Virus record (IMG/VR): IMGVR_UViG_3300036792_000267
Coordinates: 1 to 64,000 of that record
DNA length: 64,000 nt
From: a virus
Strand: one strand, 5' to 3'
Under the pieces are notes generated by a model that saw only the letters and a list, made by a program, of their open reading frames with translations, made no database searches and was not told the DNA's origin. Made by a program: the position numbers and the translations under genes. This document shows, piece by piece, positions 19,155-29,790 of this stretch (positions within the stretch are counted from its first letter, which is position 1; every line of letters starts with the position of its first letter).

Positions 19155-19450
19155 TGGCGACCAAGGGCGCATGGGAGGAGCTGTTCGGCGGCGGCCGGAA
19201 GTGGCGCGTGGCCGAGGAGGTGACCGGCGAGCGCACCGAGGCCGGCTACACGGTGAAGTTCTCCCGGGGCCGGTTCGAGCTGCCCGTGGGCGCGGCGTTC
19301 CGGTCCCTGCTGTCGACCAACCTGGGACGGCGCGGCCTGCTGCTCATCGAGACCAGCGCCGACGGGTCGGCCGACATCCCCGGTTCACGCATCGCGGTCG
19401 GCGAGGCGTCGGTCAGCCGTGCCCGCTCCCAGTTCAGCGCCGTGTGGTGA
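19154..19450 (+). CDS. Hypothetical protein
   Basis: GGAGG RBS. Confidence 0.65.
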   Translation: MATKGAWEELFGGGRKWRVAEEVTGERTEAGYTVKFSRGRFELPVGAAFRSLLSTNLGRRGLLLIETSADGSADIPGSRIAVGEASVSRARSQFSAVW

Positions 19451-19462
19451 TTCCGCAGTTAA

Positions 19463-19492
19463 CTTGACGCGAGTCAAGAGAGAGACTAGTCT
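19463..19492 (+). promoter_or_regulatory. SigA-type promoter with operator
   Basis: TTGACG-17-TAGTCT; CTTGAC-GCGA-GTCAAG. Confidence 0.7.
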
Positions 19493-19531
19493 CGACCTAC
19501 TGGTGAGGTTGGTTTCAATGGGGAGTTCCGT

Positions 19532-20680
19532 GTGGCGTCTTCTCGTTCGGCTGTCTGCGTTGCACCTGCAGACTACGGAGAGCTTTTCATCGAGTACGGG
19601 GACGACATCAAGCGCGTGGTCTGGCGGCAGCTAGGAGCTATCGCCAAGCCCGTGGACGTTGATGACGGCGTTTCGTACATCCTGCAGCAGTTCATGGCCG
19701 CTGACGTGATTGCCCAGTACAAGCCGGGCACCATCAGCGAGTTCAACAAGAACCCGGTCACCTTCAAGGCCTTCATCCTGGCCAAGGTGGCCCTCTACTG
19801 CCGCGGCCTGCGCGAGTCGATCGGCCGCCGCGCCGGGCGCGAGCTGCTGCTGGTGGACTCGGGCGAGGACAGCTCGACGTGGCTCGGCCTGCTGAGCGGC
19901 ACGACGGACGAGTACCCGTCGCTTGCCGACACCGACGCCATGGACCAGCTCCGCGACGCGCTGGCGGCGTTCGCGCCGGCGCCGGGCAGTGAGCCCGTGC
20001 TGCCGCTGTTCGACGCGCTGGCCGAGCAGTTCGCCTCGGGCAGGACCGTCTCGGCGGCGGCGGTGCGCAAGAAGCTGGGTAAGAGCCAGGCCGAGACTGA
20101 GGCGTGGCTGGAGGAGCTGCGCGACGCGCTGCGCGAGGTTACCGCCGTCAGCCACCCGCTCCCCGTTCCGGAGCCCGAGCCTGTCTTCGCCCCGGCGGAC
20201 GACAACTGGATGGCCGACCTGCGCGAGGCAGCCTCCGGGGAGGTTACCTTCGAGCTGGGCGGCGTGAAGCTGTCGGCCGCTGAGGTCCGCGCCGCGGTCG
20301 CGGCGCTCAAGGAAGCCAAGGGCAACCGCGTGCTGCCCGCCTTCAAGGACACCGGCCACCGCCTCGCCGAGGCCGGCAAGACCTGGTACCTCGGGTTCGC
20401 CGAGACGGTCATGCAGCAGTACCCGCACCTGCGCACGCCTGCGCGACGGCACGCCGAGGGGCACTTCGGGCGCGTCAAGCAGGCTCTCATCTACGGCCTG
20501 GAGCAGCTGGTCGCCGACAGACCTGTGACTGAAGCTGTGCCCGTTCCTGTGGCTGAGCCTGTGGTTCCGGGCGCGGACCTGTGGGCCGAGCTGGAGTCGG
20601 TGCTCGGCCGGCTTCCCGGGTTTGACGCCGACACGACCGAGGCCGCGCTCGAAGCGGTCCGGCTGCTGGCGGCAGCATGA
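19532..20680 (+). CDS. Hypothetical protein, possibly divergent sigma-like regulator
   Basis: N-terminal ELFIEYGDDIKRVVW..DVDDGVS..FKAFIL loosely resembles sigma region 2. Confidence 0.55.
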   Translation: MASSRSAVCVAPADYGELFIEYGDDIKRVVWRQLGAIAKPVDVDDGVSYILQQFMAADVIAQYKPGTISEFNKNPVTFKAFILAKVALYCRGLRESIGRRAGRELLLVDSGEDSSTWLGLLSGTTDEYPSLADTDAMDQLRDALAAFAPAPGSEPVLPLFDALAEQFASGRTVSAAAVRKKLGKSQAETEAWLEELRDALREVTAVSHPLPVPEPEPVFAPADDNWMADLREAASGEVTFELGGVKLSAAEVRAAVAALKEAKGNRVLPAFKDTGHRLAEAGKTWYLGFAETVMQQYPHLRTPARRHAEGHFGRVKQALIYGLEQLVADRPVTEAVPVPVAEPVVPGADLWAELESVLGRLPGFDADTTEAALEAVRLLAAA

Positions 20681-20895
20681 CGTTCGAAGTGCGTGTCATG
20701 TCCGCAGAAGAGGTGGTCGAGAGCGACGTGCGCTGCGGTGCGCAGCCGTCTCCTCGCTCGACGGCGCGCTGCGAGGATAAGCCGGGGCACTGGAGGCGGA
20801 ATTCTCCTGCGAGTGACTGGCATTCAGGTCGTACTCGGGGCGGCTACTGGAAGTTCTGGCCGGTCACCGACGAGGAGATGAAAAGTGACCCCTGA
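20677..20895 (+). CDS. Hypothetical protein
   Basis: Coupled ORF. Confidence 0.55.
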   Translation: MTFEVRVMSAEEVVESDVRCGAQPSPRSTARCEDKPGHWRRNSPASDWHSGRTRGGYWKFWPVTDEEMKSDP

Positions 20896-21541
20896 GCAGG
20901 TACGCGCCGAGCTGGCGGGCGAGCTGCCCCCGGCTACTCTTGTGCTCGGGCCCGGGTCGTGGCCCCTGGCCGCCCAGGCGGCCGGCCCGGACTGGCTGAC
21001 TGGCTGTGACTTGTCGCCTGCTGACGTGCGCCAGCTTCGTGAGAATGTGTGGCTGTTGCCGGCCCGGGGCGTGCGGGTGGTCGCGCTCTGCCTGGACAAG
21101 GCGTCAGTGCAGGTGCAGAACATGCTGCTCAAGGTGCTCGAAGAGCCGCCGTCAGGCACCCGGTTCGTGCTCACGGGCGAGCGCCGTCCGCTGGATACCG
21201 TCGTCTCGCGCTGCCGGGTGTTGGTTGTCGGCCAGGAGGCGGCCGAGGGCGAGACTGACCCCCGGGATAAGGCTGCGGTCGCTACCGCGCTGCGTGCTGC
21301 GCGCTCCGGTCAGACTGCGCTGCTGGCCCAGGCACTGCGGGGCTGGGTGCCGGCGCAGGCGAAGCTGCTGACGGTGTGGGCGGCCGAGGCTGCTTCCGGC
21401 CAGTGGAAGGCCTTCGGCCCTGACACCGTGCCCGGCGTCAGCACCGACCAGGCGATGCGGCTGCTGACCGAGCTGGCGCGCTACCCGGGCGCGAAGCTGG
21501 GGGCGCTGGTCGCACTGGAGACGGTTTTCTCGCAGGGGTGA
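20885..21541 (+). CDS. holB: Clamp loader delta-prime-like subunit
   Basis: QNMLLKVLEEPPSGTRFVL..LDTVVSRC. Confidence 0.75.
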   Translation: MTPEQVRAELAGELPPATLVLGPGSWPLAAQAAGPDWLTGCDLSPADVRQLRENVWLLPARGVRVVALCLDKASVQVQNMLLKVLEEPPSGTRFVLTGERRPLDTVVSRCRVLVVGQEAAEGETDPRDKAAVATALRAARSGQTALLAQALRGWVPAQAKLLTVWAAEAASGQWKAFGPDTVPGVSTDQAMRLLTELARYPGAKLGALVALETVFSQG

Positions 21542-21607
21542 TTGGCGGAGAGATTCCGGCCGCCCGATTGGACGTGACATTGCCCCCGTCACGTCAGGAG
21601 AGCCCCG

Positions 21608-22099
21608 GTGCCCGGTTCTAACGGCCAGCCCCGCAAGACCAACCGCGCGCAGCAGCGCGACGCCGCCGCACGGGCGCCTCAGCCTCCGCAGGGCCGCCCG
21701 GTTGCCCAGGGCCAGTTCTCGCCAGGTCAGCCGAGTCAGATGGCCCAGCCCCCTGTTCCGCCGTCGCTGGAGGGCGTTCAGGCTGAGTTCGAGCGGATGG
21801 TGGCGGCCAATCAGGTCAAGTTCGCCGAGCTGGCGGCCCGGGGTGACGCGCCGGACCCGTTCTTCATGGTGCATGCCCGGATCAATCACCTGATTGACGC
21901 CATCGCGCAGGCAACCGGGCCCAACGGCCCCCGCTGGGCCGCGATGACCCGGCTCGGGTTCGAGAAGTACATTGCCGCCCAGCTCGATCAGGCGGGCCCG
22001 CAGATGCAGCGCATGCGACTGGCCGAGGGGGGCCGCTACACGCCCGAGATGATCCGTGCCCTGGCCGCGCAGACGGGGACGCTCCGCCGGCCGCAGTAA
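21608..22099 (+). CDS. Hypothetical protein
   Basis: AGGAG RBS. Confidence 0.65.
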   Translation: MPGSNGQPRKTNRAQQRDAAARAPQPPQGRPVAQGQFSPGQPSQMAQPPVPPSLEGVQAEFERMVAANQVKFAELAARGDAPDPFFMVHARINHLIDAIAQATGPNGPRWAAMTRLGFEKYIAAQLDQAGPQMQRMRLAEGGRYTPEMIRALAAQTGTLRRPQ

Positions 22100-22104
22100 G
22101 GAGC

Positions 22105-23043
22105 ATGGCTTCTTTCATCCAGTGGTCGAAGAAGAGACCCATCCGCCGGGTCACCTGGGTATGCGGCCCGGAGGACGTCCTTGTGCGCGAGGTCGTGGCG
22201 GCGCACCGCGAGGGGGCACCCCCTGACCAGTGCGCTGTCCTGTTCGCCGGGGAGGCCCCCGAGCGCTCTGTCTGGGACGTGTTGCTGGCCGACCCGCCGC
22301 CCGGGGGGCGCCGGACGGTCGTCTACGGCGCGGAGAAGCTGAAGGACGCGGGGAACGCGGCCCTGCTGGCCGCTGACCCCGGCCTGGAGGCCGCCTACGC
22401 CGTCTTCGTGTCCGCGGAGCCTGATTTCCCGCGCGACGGCACCGCGCTGGTGCCTGCCCTGGCCGCGCTGCAGGCGTCTAAGGCCGCGCAGCTCATCCGG
22501 TGCTGTGAGCCGTCCAAGACGGAGGACAAGACCGCCCTGGTGGCCTCCTGGTGGCCCGGGGCAACGCTTAACTTCGCCTACGACGTGCTGGCGCGGTGCG
22601 GGAGCCTGGAGCGGGCTTACCAGGCGTGCGAGCAGGCCAGGATGGCCGGGTTGAAGCCGTCGCGGGAGATGGCCGCGGTCGTGTGCCCGGCCGAGCCTGG
22701 CGGGGACTTCGCCGACCTGCTCATGGCGGGGGACAAGCGCCGGGCGTGCACGGCCATTGGCCGGCTCAGCATCTCCGACCTGGGCGCGGCCATCGGCCTG
22801 CTGGCCTCGCGCCTGGTTGTCGCCGAGCAGATCGGTATCGGGGTGCGGCACGGGCTGAGCCCGCGCGAGGCCGCGTCCCGCGAGCACGTCGACCGCTTCG
22901 TGGCCAGCCGGGTCATCCCGCATGCCGGCGCGTACAGCGCCGACCGCATCCGCCGGTGCCGCCGGGCCCTGGCCGTGACCGAATCCGCCTGGCGCGGCGG
23001 CACCCGTGCTGGTGTCGCCGAGTCCCTGATCGCACTCTGGTGA
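22105..23043 (+). CDS. holA: Clamp loader delta-like subunit
   Basis: VTWVCGPEDVLVREVV, GGRRTVVYGAEKL, size and C-terminal helical collar; near holB. Confidence 0.65.
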   Translation: MASFIQWSKKRPIRRVTWVCGPEDVLVREVVAAHREGAPPDQCAVLFAGEAPERSVWDVLLADPPPGGRRTVVYGAEKLKDAGNAALLAADPGLEAAYAVFVSAEPDFPRDGTALVPALAALQASKAAQLIRCCEPSKTEDKTALVASWWPGATLNFAYDVLARCGSLERAYQACEQARMAGLKPSREMAAVVCPAEPGGDFADLLMAGDKRRACTAIGRLSISDLGAAIGLLASRLVVAEQIGIGVRHGLSPREAASREHVDRFVASRVIPHAGAYSADRIRRCRRALAVTESAWRGGTRAGVAESLIALW

Positions 23044-23044
23044 C

Positions 23045-23227
23045 ATGTGCGCTGACTGCAAGGCTGACCTGGCCAAGGCTCAGGATGCCCTCGAAAAGAT
23101 GACTACTGAGCGGAACCAGCTGACGGTCATGCTCGGTGCTGCCATGACCGTCATGACCACCGAGCAGTTCGCCGAGGTGCGCCGTCAGGTTAAGCGGTAC
23201 GACGCCGGCGGAGATAGCGCCGTATAA
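23045..23227 (+). CDS. Hypothetical protein
   Basis: Short ORF in operon. Confidence 0.55.
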   Translation: MCADCKADLAKAQDALEKMTTERNQLTVMLGAAMTVMTTEQFAEVRRQVKRYDAGGDSAV

Positions 23228-23229
23228 GC

Positions 23230-23448
23230 ATGCAGGCTGTCCGCTCCCTCTACGTTCGGTGCTTCGGCTGCCGCCGCTGGGCGGCGCGGGCGTCGTGCGC
23301 TGAGGTGGGCGGCCTGCTGTACGGCCCGGAGTGCTCGGAGAAGGCTCGCCAGGCTTGCATCTACTGGTGCAGCTTGTGCGGGTGCATGTTCGGCGAGGAG
23401 GGGATGTTCTCGATGGACGTCTGCAAGCTCTGCGAGGCCGGGCTGTGA
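23230..23448 (+). CDS. Cys-rich hypothetical protein
   Basis: Multiple CxxC. Confidence 0.55.
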   Translation: MQAVRSLYVRCFGCRRWAARASCAEVGGLLYGPECSEKARQACIYWCSLCGCMFGEEGMFSMDVCKLCEAGL

Positions 23449-25952
23449 CCGCGGTGCTCGACGCTCCCGCGATGCCCAGTTACGACCTGCTGGAAGACCT
23501 GGACGAGATCCGCGAGCGCGCCCGCGCTGTCATCGCGGACAAGAAGCCGTTCGGGTTCGACGTCGAGACCGGTTACCTGGGCGACACGCGCGAGGGCGCG
23601 TCGCTTCACCCGGAGGAGAACTTCATCGTCTCCTTCCAGTTCACGAACTCGCTGAGCTGGTCGCGGATGATCCCCCTCGCCTTCGAGTCGGGGCGCAACG
23701 TCGACAACAAGGCCGTGGCCCCCGTGCTGTGGGAGATGCTGCACGCCGTCGATGACGAGGGGCTGCCGCTCGGGGTGGCGCACGGCGCGGTCGCCGAACT
23801 GCGGTGGATGGCCCGGTGGTTCCTGCGCCACCTGTGGGACCACCCGCTGTTCGGCCGCCAGGTGCGCGAGAGCCACGGCTACTACCCGGTGCGCTCGTGC
23901 ACGATGCTGGAGAGCTACGCCGAGGGCGTCAACAAGAGTCACGCGCTCAAGGCGGCCACGCTGGCGAACTACGGGCACAAGATGCGCGAGCTGGCCGACC
24001 TGCAGGCCGCGCTGCTCGGCCGCCCGCCGACGGAAAAAGAGAAGAACTCCGTCCGGTTCAACGTCTTCAACCCCGCTGACCCCGAGGTCATCGCCTACGC
24101 GTGCGAGGACGCGGTGTGGTGCCTGCGTCACCACCTGGACCGCTATCCCCGGCTACTGGCCAGCCAGCAGGCGTTCATCTACAAGGTGGAGATGGGCGTG
24201 CTGCCCATCGTCTGCGCGATGAGCGATGTCGGTATCCGCTACGACTGGAACCTGATGCGGGCCAAGTCCGCGGAGGTCCGCGAGTTCGCTGAGCGGCTTC
24301 TCGCGGAAATCGTCGCCGACTTCGAGGAGATGATCGGCGAGAAGTTGCCGCCGGACTTCAACTTCAACAGCAGCGCCCAGTTCGGTGACCTGCTTTACAA
24401 CAAGTGCGGGCTGCCGGTGCTGCACAAGACGCCGGGTGGCAAGCCGAGCGTCAGCGCCAAGGACGCCTTGCCCGGCCTGGTGGACAAGTGCCCCGCGGTC
24501 AAGAAGTACATGGGCTGGAAGCGCCTGGTCGACTTGCGGGTGAAGTTCCTCGACACCTACGAGCGCGACTACTCGTGGGCGGCGGACGGCCGGGCGCACC
24601 CGTCGCTACTGCAGCACGGCACCATCGGCGGCCGGTTCTCCTGCGAGAACATGAACTACCAGCAGAGCCCCAAGAAGTACCACTACGAGCTGCGCGACGG
24701 CACGACCTTCGACTTCAACTTCCGCGACGTCCTCGCCGCGACCCTGCCCGGTGCGCGCCCGTGGTGGGACCTGGTGCTGGAGGAGGCCGGGTGCCCGGAC
24801 GTGCCCGAGCCGGAGGAGCTGGGGTACTACTTCCTCGGGTTCGACTACAGTCAGATCGAACTGCGGGTCATGGCGGCGGAGGCTGGCGAGACCGCGCTGC
24901 TGGAGGCGTTCGCTTCCGGTGAGGACGTGCACAGCCGCACCGCCGCGCTGATGCTCAGCATCGTCGTGGAGCAGGTGACTGACGATGACCGTCAGGTGGG
25001 GAAGACGCGTAACTTCGCGTCGGTCTACGGCCAGGGCATCCGGGCGCTGGCTGACCAGCTGGGCCTGACCCTTGACCAGGCCCGCGAGAAGGACGCGCAG
25101 TACAACGCCGCCTACCCGCACATGCAGCCGTACCGGCGCCGGGTCATCGCGCGTGCCCGGCGTGACGGGTACATCATCACCAAGTTCGGCCGCCGCGTCA
25201 CCCTGCACCAGATCCGCGACGAGAACCCCAAGATCCGGGCCAAGGAGGAGATGACCGCCGGCAACGCGGCGGTCCAGGGCCCGGCGACCGGGGACTACGT
25301 GAAAGTCGCCATGGTCCGGGCGGTCCGCGCCCTGGAAAAGGCCGGGCTGGCAGGTAAGGCCCGCCTGATTATGAACGTGCACGACGCCCTGATGCTGGAG
25401 GTGCGCGCGGACGTGCCGCCGATCGAGGTCATCCGGGCGCTGCAGCCCGCGGTCGCCTACCCGGTCACCGGGCCGGGCGAGCCCTGGCCGGAGATGGTCG
25501 CCGAGTGGCACCTGGGCAAGTCGTGGGGCTCGGTGAAGGACATCCACCTTGAGGGCGACCAGATCGCGGTCGGCAAGAAGGACAAGTGCGAGCGCTGCCA
25601 CGTCGTGAAGCCCGCCCCGGTCACGGTTCCGGAGGTGACGTCGGAGGCCCGGCGCGAGGCGAACCGGGGCATTCCCGCGCCTGAGCCGGGACCGCCGCGG
25701 AACGTGGTCGTGGTGGTGCGTGACACGCCGACGCGCGACCAGGTGGTGAAGCTGGCCGAGTTCCTGCGGCAATTGCCCGGACAGAACACGGTTGAGCTGC
25801 AGTTGCCTGACGGCAGTATCCCCGTCAAGTTCCCTTGCGGGCTGTCGCCGGCCTACGAGGCGCATGTCTCGGTCATCCTCGGCAGCGCGGCGGTGCACTA
25901 CGACGTTGACTCCGTGGATACCGGCGAACTCACCGCCGGCCTTGAGCTGTAG
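23445..25952 (+). CDS. polA: Family A DNA polymerase with 3'-5' exonuclease and DnaE-like C-terminal domain
   Basis: FDVETG, YACEDA, GTIGGRFS, DYSQIELRVMA, DVH, RQVGKTRNFASVYG, VHDAL. Confidence 0.92.
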   Translation: MTAVLDAPAMPSYDLLEDLDEIRERARAVIADKKPFGFDVETGYLGDTREGASLHPEENFIVSFQFTNSLSWSRMIPLAFESGRNVDNKAVAPVLWEMLHAVDDEGLPLGVAHGAVAELRWMARWFLRHLWDHPLFGRQVRESHGYYPVRSCTMLESYAEGVNKSHALKAATLANYGHKMRELADLQAALLGRPPTEKEKNSVRFNVFNPADPEVIAYACEDAVWCLRHHLDRYPRLLASQQAFIYKVEMGVLPIVCAMSDVGIRYDWNLMRAKSAEVREFAERLLAEIVADFEEMIGEKLPPDFNFNSSAQFGDLLYNKCGLPVLHKTPGGKPSVSAKDALPGLVDKCPAVKKYMGWKRLVDLRVKFLDTYERDYSWAADGRAHPSLLQHGTIGGRFSCENMNYQQSPKKYHYELRDGTTFDFNFRDVLAATLPGARPWWDLVLEEAGCPDVPEPEELGYYFLGFDYSQIELRVMAAEAGETALLEAFASGEDVHSRTAALMLSIVVEQVTDDDRQVGKTRNFASVYGQGIRALADQLGLTLDQAREKDAQYNAAYPHMQPYRRRVIARARRDGYIITKFGRRVTLHQIRDENPKIRAKEEMTAGNAAVQGPATGDYVKVAMVRAVRALEKAGLAGKARLIMNVHDALMLEVRADVPPIEVIRALQPAVAYPVTGPGEPWPEMVAEWHLGKSWGSVKDIHLEGDQIAVGKKDKCERCHVVKPAPVTVPEVTSEARREANRGIPAPEPGPPRNVVVVVRDTPTRDQVVKLAEFLRQLPGQNTVELQLPDGSIPVKFPCGLSPAYEAHVSVILGSAAVHYDVDSVDTGELTAGLEL

Positions 25953-25960
25953 TAGGGACT

Positions 25961-26260
25961 ATGAGAGTAAAAAGAGGCTGGGCTACCGACTTCGGCAAGA
26001 CCCGGTTCGACGTCGAAGTGGACGAGACGGACCTGCTGGGGATGCTCGCTGAGCGGGGGTGCGACGACCCTGAAGCGGCGCGCAAGGCCATGCCAGGCAA
26101 GCACGCTTACCAGATTATGAACGCCGAGGCGATGACGTTCGTGCACCATTCCCTGGCTAAGCAGGAGGCAGCCCAGGGCGCGCAGCACATGGCCAAGGCG
26201 GCGGAGTTCATCGCTGAGCGGAACGCGCTGCTGGACAAGTACACCGCGTCGGCGTTCTAG
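25961..26260 (+). CDS. Hypothetical protein
   Basis: Coding bias. Confidence 0.65.
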   Translation: MRVKRGWATDFGKTRFDVEVDETDLLGMLAERGCDDPEAARKAMPGKHAYQIMNAEAMTFVHHSLAKQEAAQGAQHMAKAAEFIAERNALLDKYTASAF

Positions 26261-26763
26261 TGGCTGAGCCGTTCGACGGGGAGGCAGCCAAGCAGCGGGT
26301 TACCGCGCTGCTCAACGAGATGGCCGCGCTGCGGGCCATCGAGGTGCCGCCGCACGACGCGGACCCGGCGGAGGTGCACCGGGTGCTGCGCGAGGTGCTG
26401 CGTCCCCGGCTGGACCGCGCTGAGGTCATCATGGCCGAGGTCGCCGGGCACCGGCGCCGGGCGAGGGCCGAGGCGAAGCGCTGCGCCGCCGTCACCAGTG
26501 ACGCCTACGACAAGGCGCTAGCGCCGGTGTCGGGCCGGGCGATGTCGCGGGAGTACGAGAGCATCAAAGACCGTGAGGTGACGGCGCGCGTCAAGTCGTC
26601 ACCTGAGCGCCAGAGGCAGCGGGCTGCTGAGGGCACCGCTGACCTCATCGAGCAGGCTGAGGACGCTGTCAAGGGCATGTTCTTCGGCTTGTCCGGTATC
26701 CGGCGCGAGCTGCTGGCTGACCTGGAGCATTACTTCCCGTGGGGGGCGTCGCTAGATCGGTGA
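26260..26763 (+). CDS. Hypothetical coiled-coil protein
   Basis: TAGTG coupling. Confidence 0.65.
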   Translation: MAEPFDGEAAKQRVTALLNEMAALRAIEVPPHDADPAEVHRVLREVLRPRLDRAEVIMAEVAGHRRRARAEAKRCAAVTSDAYDKALAPVSGRAMSREYESIKDREVTARVKSSPERQRQRAAEGTADLIEQAEDAVKGMFFGLSGIRRELLADLEHYFPWGASLDR

Positions 26764-26776
26764 CGATCGCAGCGGC

Positions 26777-26938
26777 ATGAAAGCCACAGAGGCGCTGGAA
26801 GAGATTGAGCGCATCGTGCACGAGTTCGGGGACTTTGAACTGCAGGTCCCTGACCCGATCGAGCGCTGGCACTACCCGGTGGACCGCATCGAGGTCGTCG
26901 TTGAGGCGCAGGCCATCCGCTTCGTCTCTGACCGCTGA
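26777..26938 (+). CDS. Small hypothetical protein (53 aa)
   Basis: MKATEALEEIERIVHEFGDFELQVPD; below ORF-track cutoff. Confidence 0.55.
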   Translation: MKATEALEEIERIVHEFGDFELQVPDPIERWHYPVDRIEVVVEAQAIRFVSDR

Positions 26939-26992
26939 GGCTGTCGGTCCCTGGGCGTAGTAGGTAAGCACGAGCCGAATCAGGGAGACAAC

Positions 26993-28141
26993 ATGCCGAG
27001 AGCATCGCTTACCGAGGACTACCGCACCAGCGACCGGGTGGACCTGTTCGCCGCGCTGACGCTGGTGACCGGGGAGTACGCCCGCCTCCTCATCCCGGGG
27101 AAGAGGGACGACGTCTGGTACGAGTGGGTTCACACGTTCCGCGGGCCGCGGTTCGAGGACAACGGGCGCCCTGCCATGGAGCAGAAGAAGCGGAAGGACG
27201 GGACCGTTTACAAGGAGGTCTACGCCACGGATTACGTCGGCGGCCAGATCTGCCTGGGTGACCCGTCTATCATCGAGTCGGCCGGCAACGGCCTAGATCC
27301 CGTTCACTGCCCCGCCTGCGCTTCAGCGGAGAAGGGCACCAGGGGAATGGCGCCGGACCGCCGGTGGGCTGTCCCGGTTATCCGCTATAAGTGCACCAGC
27401 AAGGGCAGCACCGAGTTGCAGGACCCGCCGATGGCGGAGATCCTGGTCTGGTCGATGACGCAGCGGCAGTACAACATGCTGCTGGACGTCAGGCCGCACA
27501 TCCGGAACCTGCTGGACCTGCCGGCAGACCAGGAGTTTGAGTGGCAGGCCGCGGACGTCGTCGTCTGGTGCGAGGACGACAACTTCAAGCGGATGGTCTT
27601 CCAGCCGCCGCTCCGGCCCGCTTACCGTAACGCGGACGTCGCCGCGCTGGTCAAGAGGCTGTGGGGCAACAAGGCCAACCGGCCCACCGAGGAGCAGCTG
27701 CGCGCCGCCTGCGGGAAGGCGCCTGACCGCGACTTCATGGCCACCGACGTGGCGACGGTCGAGGCCGGGTGGAAGAAGATCGACCGCTTCGAGAACGGGC
27801 TTCCCCCTGTCGACCCCATTTCCGACACCCAGGTTGCCGGCGGCCAGGACCTGGGCCAGCAGCTGGACGACCTGCTCGGGGACGATGACCCGCTGGCTGA
27901 CCACCCGGGAGGCCTGGAGGAGTTCGGCTCCAAGCCCGCCGCGCCCGTGGATGACGACATCTTCGGCGAGAGTGACCCGGCCGTAGGAGCCGTGCGGGAG
28001 CCGGCCCCCGTTCCGGCGGCGGACGACCCGCTCGCTGACCCGCTGGCCGAGGACACCGCCCCCGCGCCGGTTCCGGCCGCCGCTGCCGCCTCCAACGGCA
28101 ACGGCAAGGTCCAGTCGTTCACTGACATCCTGGCCGACTAG
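26993..28141 (+). CDS. Phage ssDNA-binding protein (gp32-like)
   Basis: WVH..C...CPAC zinc site, long acidic tail ending FTDILAD, upstream of RuvC/RecA. Confidence 0.6.
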   Translation: MPRASLTEDYRTSDRVDLFAALTLVTGEYARLLIPGKRDDVWYEWVHTFRGPRFEDNGRPAMEQKKRKDGTVYKEVYATDYVGGQICLGDPSIIESAGNGLDPVHCPACASAEKGTRGMAPDRRWAVPVIRYKCTSKGSTELQDPPMAEILVWSMTQRQYNMLLDVRPHIRNLLDLPADQEFEWQAADVVVWCEDDNFKRMVFQPPLRPAYRNADVAALVKRLWGNKANRPTEEQLRAACGKAPDRDFMATDVATVEAGWKKIDRFENGLPPVDPISDTQVAGGQDLGQQLDDLLGDDDPLADHPGGLEEFGSKPAAPVDDDIFGESDPAVGAVREPAPVPAADDPLADPLAEDTAPAPVPAAAAASNGNGKVQSFTDILAD

Positions 28142-28144
28142 CCG

Positions 28145-28714
28145 GTGACCTCTGTCCTGGGGCTTGACCAGTCCCTGACCTCCTTCGCCGCCGCCCGTGT
28201 CAGCTCTGACCGCCCGGTTGAGCTGCACAGGTGGCGGCCGGGGGCGCGGCGCGGCCATGACCGCTTGCAGTGGCTGCTTGACCACCTGGAGGCCGCCGCC
28301 GAGGGCTGCGACTTCGGGGTTATCGAGGGGCTGTCGTTCGGGGCCAAGGGCAGCTCCCTGCTGGACCTGGCTGGCCTGTTCGGGGTTGTCACCCATCGGC
28401 TGTGGCAGATCGGCCTTCCGTACGCGGTAGTCCCGCCGAGCAGCCGGATGAAGTACCTGACCGGCAAGGGGCAGGCGGACAAGGACACCTGCCTGCTGGC
28501 TGTGGTCAAGCGCTTTCCGGGTATCGAGGTCGACGGCAATGACCAGGCCGACGCGCTCACCATGGGTGCCATGGGCGCCGACTGGGGCGGCTTCCCGCTG
28601 GTGCAGATGCCCGAGACTCACCGGGCAGCACTGACTGTCAAGAACAGCAAGGGCAAGCCTGCCATCGCCTGGCCAGAACGAACCTGGGAGGTTTCTCGTG
28701 CCGTCACAAGTTAA
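28145..28714 (+). CDS. ruvC: RuvC-like Holliday junction resolvase
   Basis: [30 protein letters not shown]. Confidence 0.85.
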   Translation: MTSVLGLDQSLTSFAAARVSSDRPVELHRWRPGARRGHDRLQWLLDHLEAAAEGCDFGVIEGLSFGAKGSSLLDLAGLFGVVTHRLWQIGLPYAVVPPSSRMKYLTGKGQADKDTCLLAVVKRFPGIEVDGNDQADALTMGAMGADWGGFPLVQMPETHRAALTVKNSKGKPAIAWPERTWEVSRAVTS

Positions 28715-29765
28715 GTCCACGGGGAAGGACGCGCTCGAAATCGCGCTCGCGCAGATCAAGCGGCAGTTCGGCCAGGGCGCCATCATGCGCATGGGTGACG
28801 AGGAGCGCGTGCCCGTCGAGGTCATCGACTCGGGCTCGATCGGCCTGAACGCCGCGCTTGGCGTTGGCGGTTACCCGCGTGGCCGGGTCGTCGAGATTTA
28901 CGGCCCGGAGAGCAGCGGCAAGACGACGCTGGCGCTGCACGCGGTCGCCAGCGCGCAGAAGGCCGGCGGGGTCGCCGCCTTCATCGACGCCGAGCACGCC
29001 CTTGACCCCGAGTACGCGCAGAAGATCGGGGTCGACGTCGCGAACTTGCTGCTCTCCCAGCCGGACACCGGCGAGCAGGCGCTGGAGATCGCGGACATGC
29101 TGATCCGCTCCGGAGCCGTGGCCATCGTCGTCATCGACTCGGTGGCCGCGCTGGTGCCCAAGGCCGAGATCGAGGGCGAGATGGGCGACAGCCACGTCGG
29201 CCTGCAGGCTCGCCTCATGTCCCAGGCGCTGCGCAAGATCACCGGCACGCTGGACTCGACTAAGACGACCTGCATCTTCATCAACCAGCTGCGCGAGAAG
29301 ATCGGGGTAATGTTCGGCAGTCCTGAGACGACTACGGGCGGCAAGGCGCTCAAGTTCTACGCGTCGGTCCGGTTGGACATCAGGCGGATCGAGACATTGA
29401 AGGACGGCGCAGAGGCGGTCGGCAACCGGACCCGTGTCAAGGTCGTGAAGAACAAGATGAGCCCGCCGTTCAAGACCGCCGAGTTCGACATCGTGTACGG
29501 CCAGGGCATCTCGCGGGTCCGCGAGGTCATCGACCGCGGCGTGGAGCAGGGCGCGGTCAAGAAGGCCGGCGCCTGGTACAACTACGGGCCGGTGCAGCTT
29601 GGCCAGGGCAAGGACAACGCCGCCCGCTACCTCGCGGAGAACCCGGAGACGATGGCTGAGATCGAGGCGAAGATGGCCGCCGGGGAAGTGGTTCCCGCGC
29701 CGCCGCGCGAGCCTGTGGATGTCCGCGCGCCGTGGGAGATGGACGAGATTCCGGCCAAGGTCTGA
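28698..29765 (+). CDS. recA: Recombinase A
   Basis: [48 protein letters not shown]. Confidence 0.97.
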   Translation: MPSQVKSTGKDALEIALAQIKRQFGQGAIMRMGDEERVPVEVIDSGSIGLNAALGVGGYPRGRVVEIYGPESSGKTTLALHAVASAQKAGGVAAFIDAEHALDPEYAQKIGVDVANLLLSQPDTGEQALEIADMLIRSGAVAIVVIDSVAALVPKAEIEGEMGDSHVGLQARLMSQALRKITGTLDSTKTTCIFINQLREKIGVMFGSPETTTGGKALKFYASVRLDIRRIETLKDGAEAVGNRTRVKVVKNKMSPPFKTAEFDIVYGQGISRVREVIDRGVEQGAVKKAGAWYNYGPVQLGQGKDNAARYLAENPETMAEIEAKMAAGEVVPAPPREPVDVRAPWEMDEIPAKV

Positions 29766-29790
29766 TAAGGAACGCGCCCGGCCGTAGTAG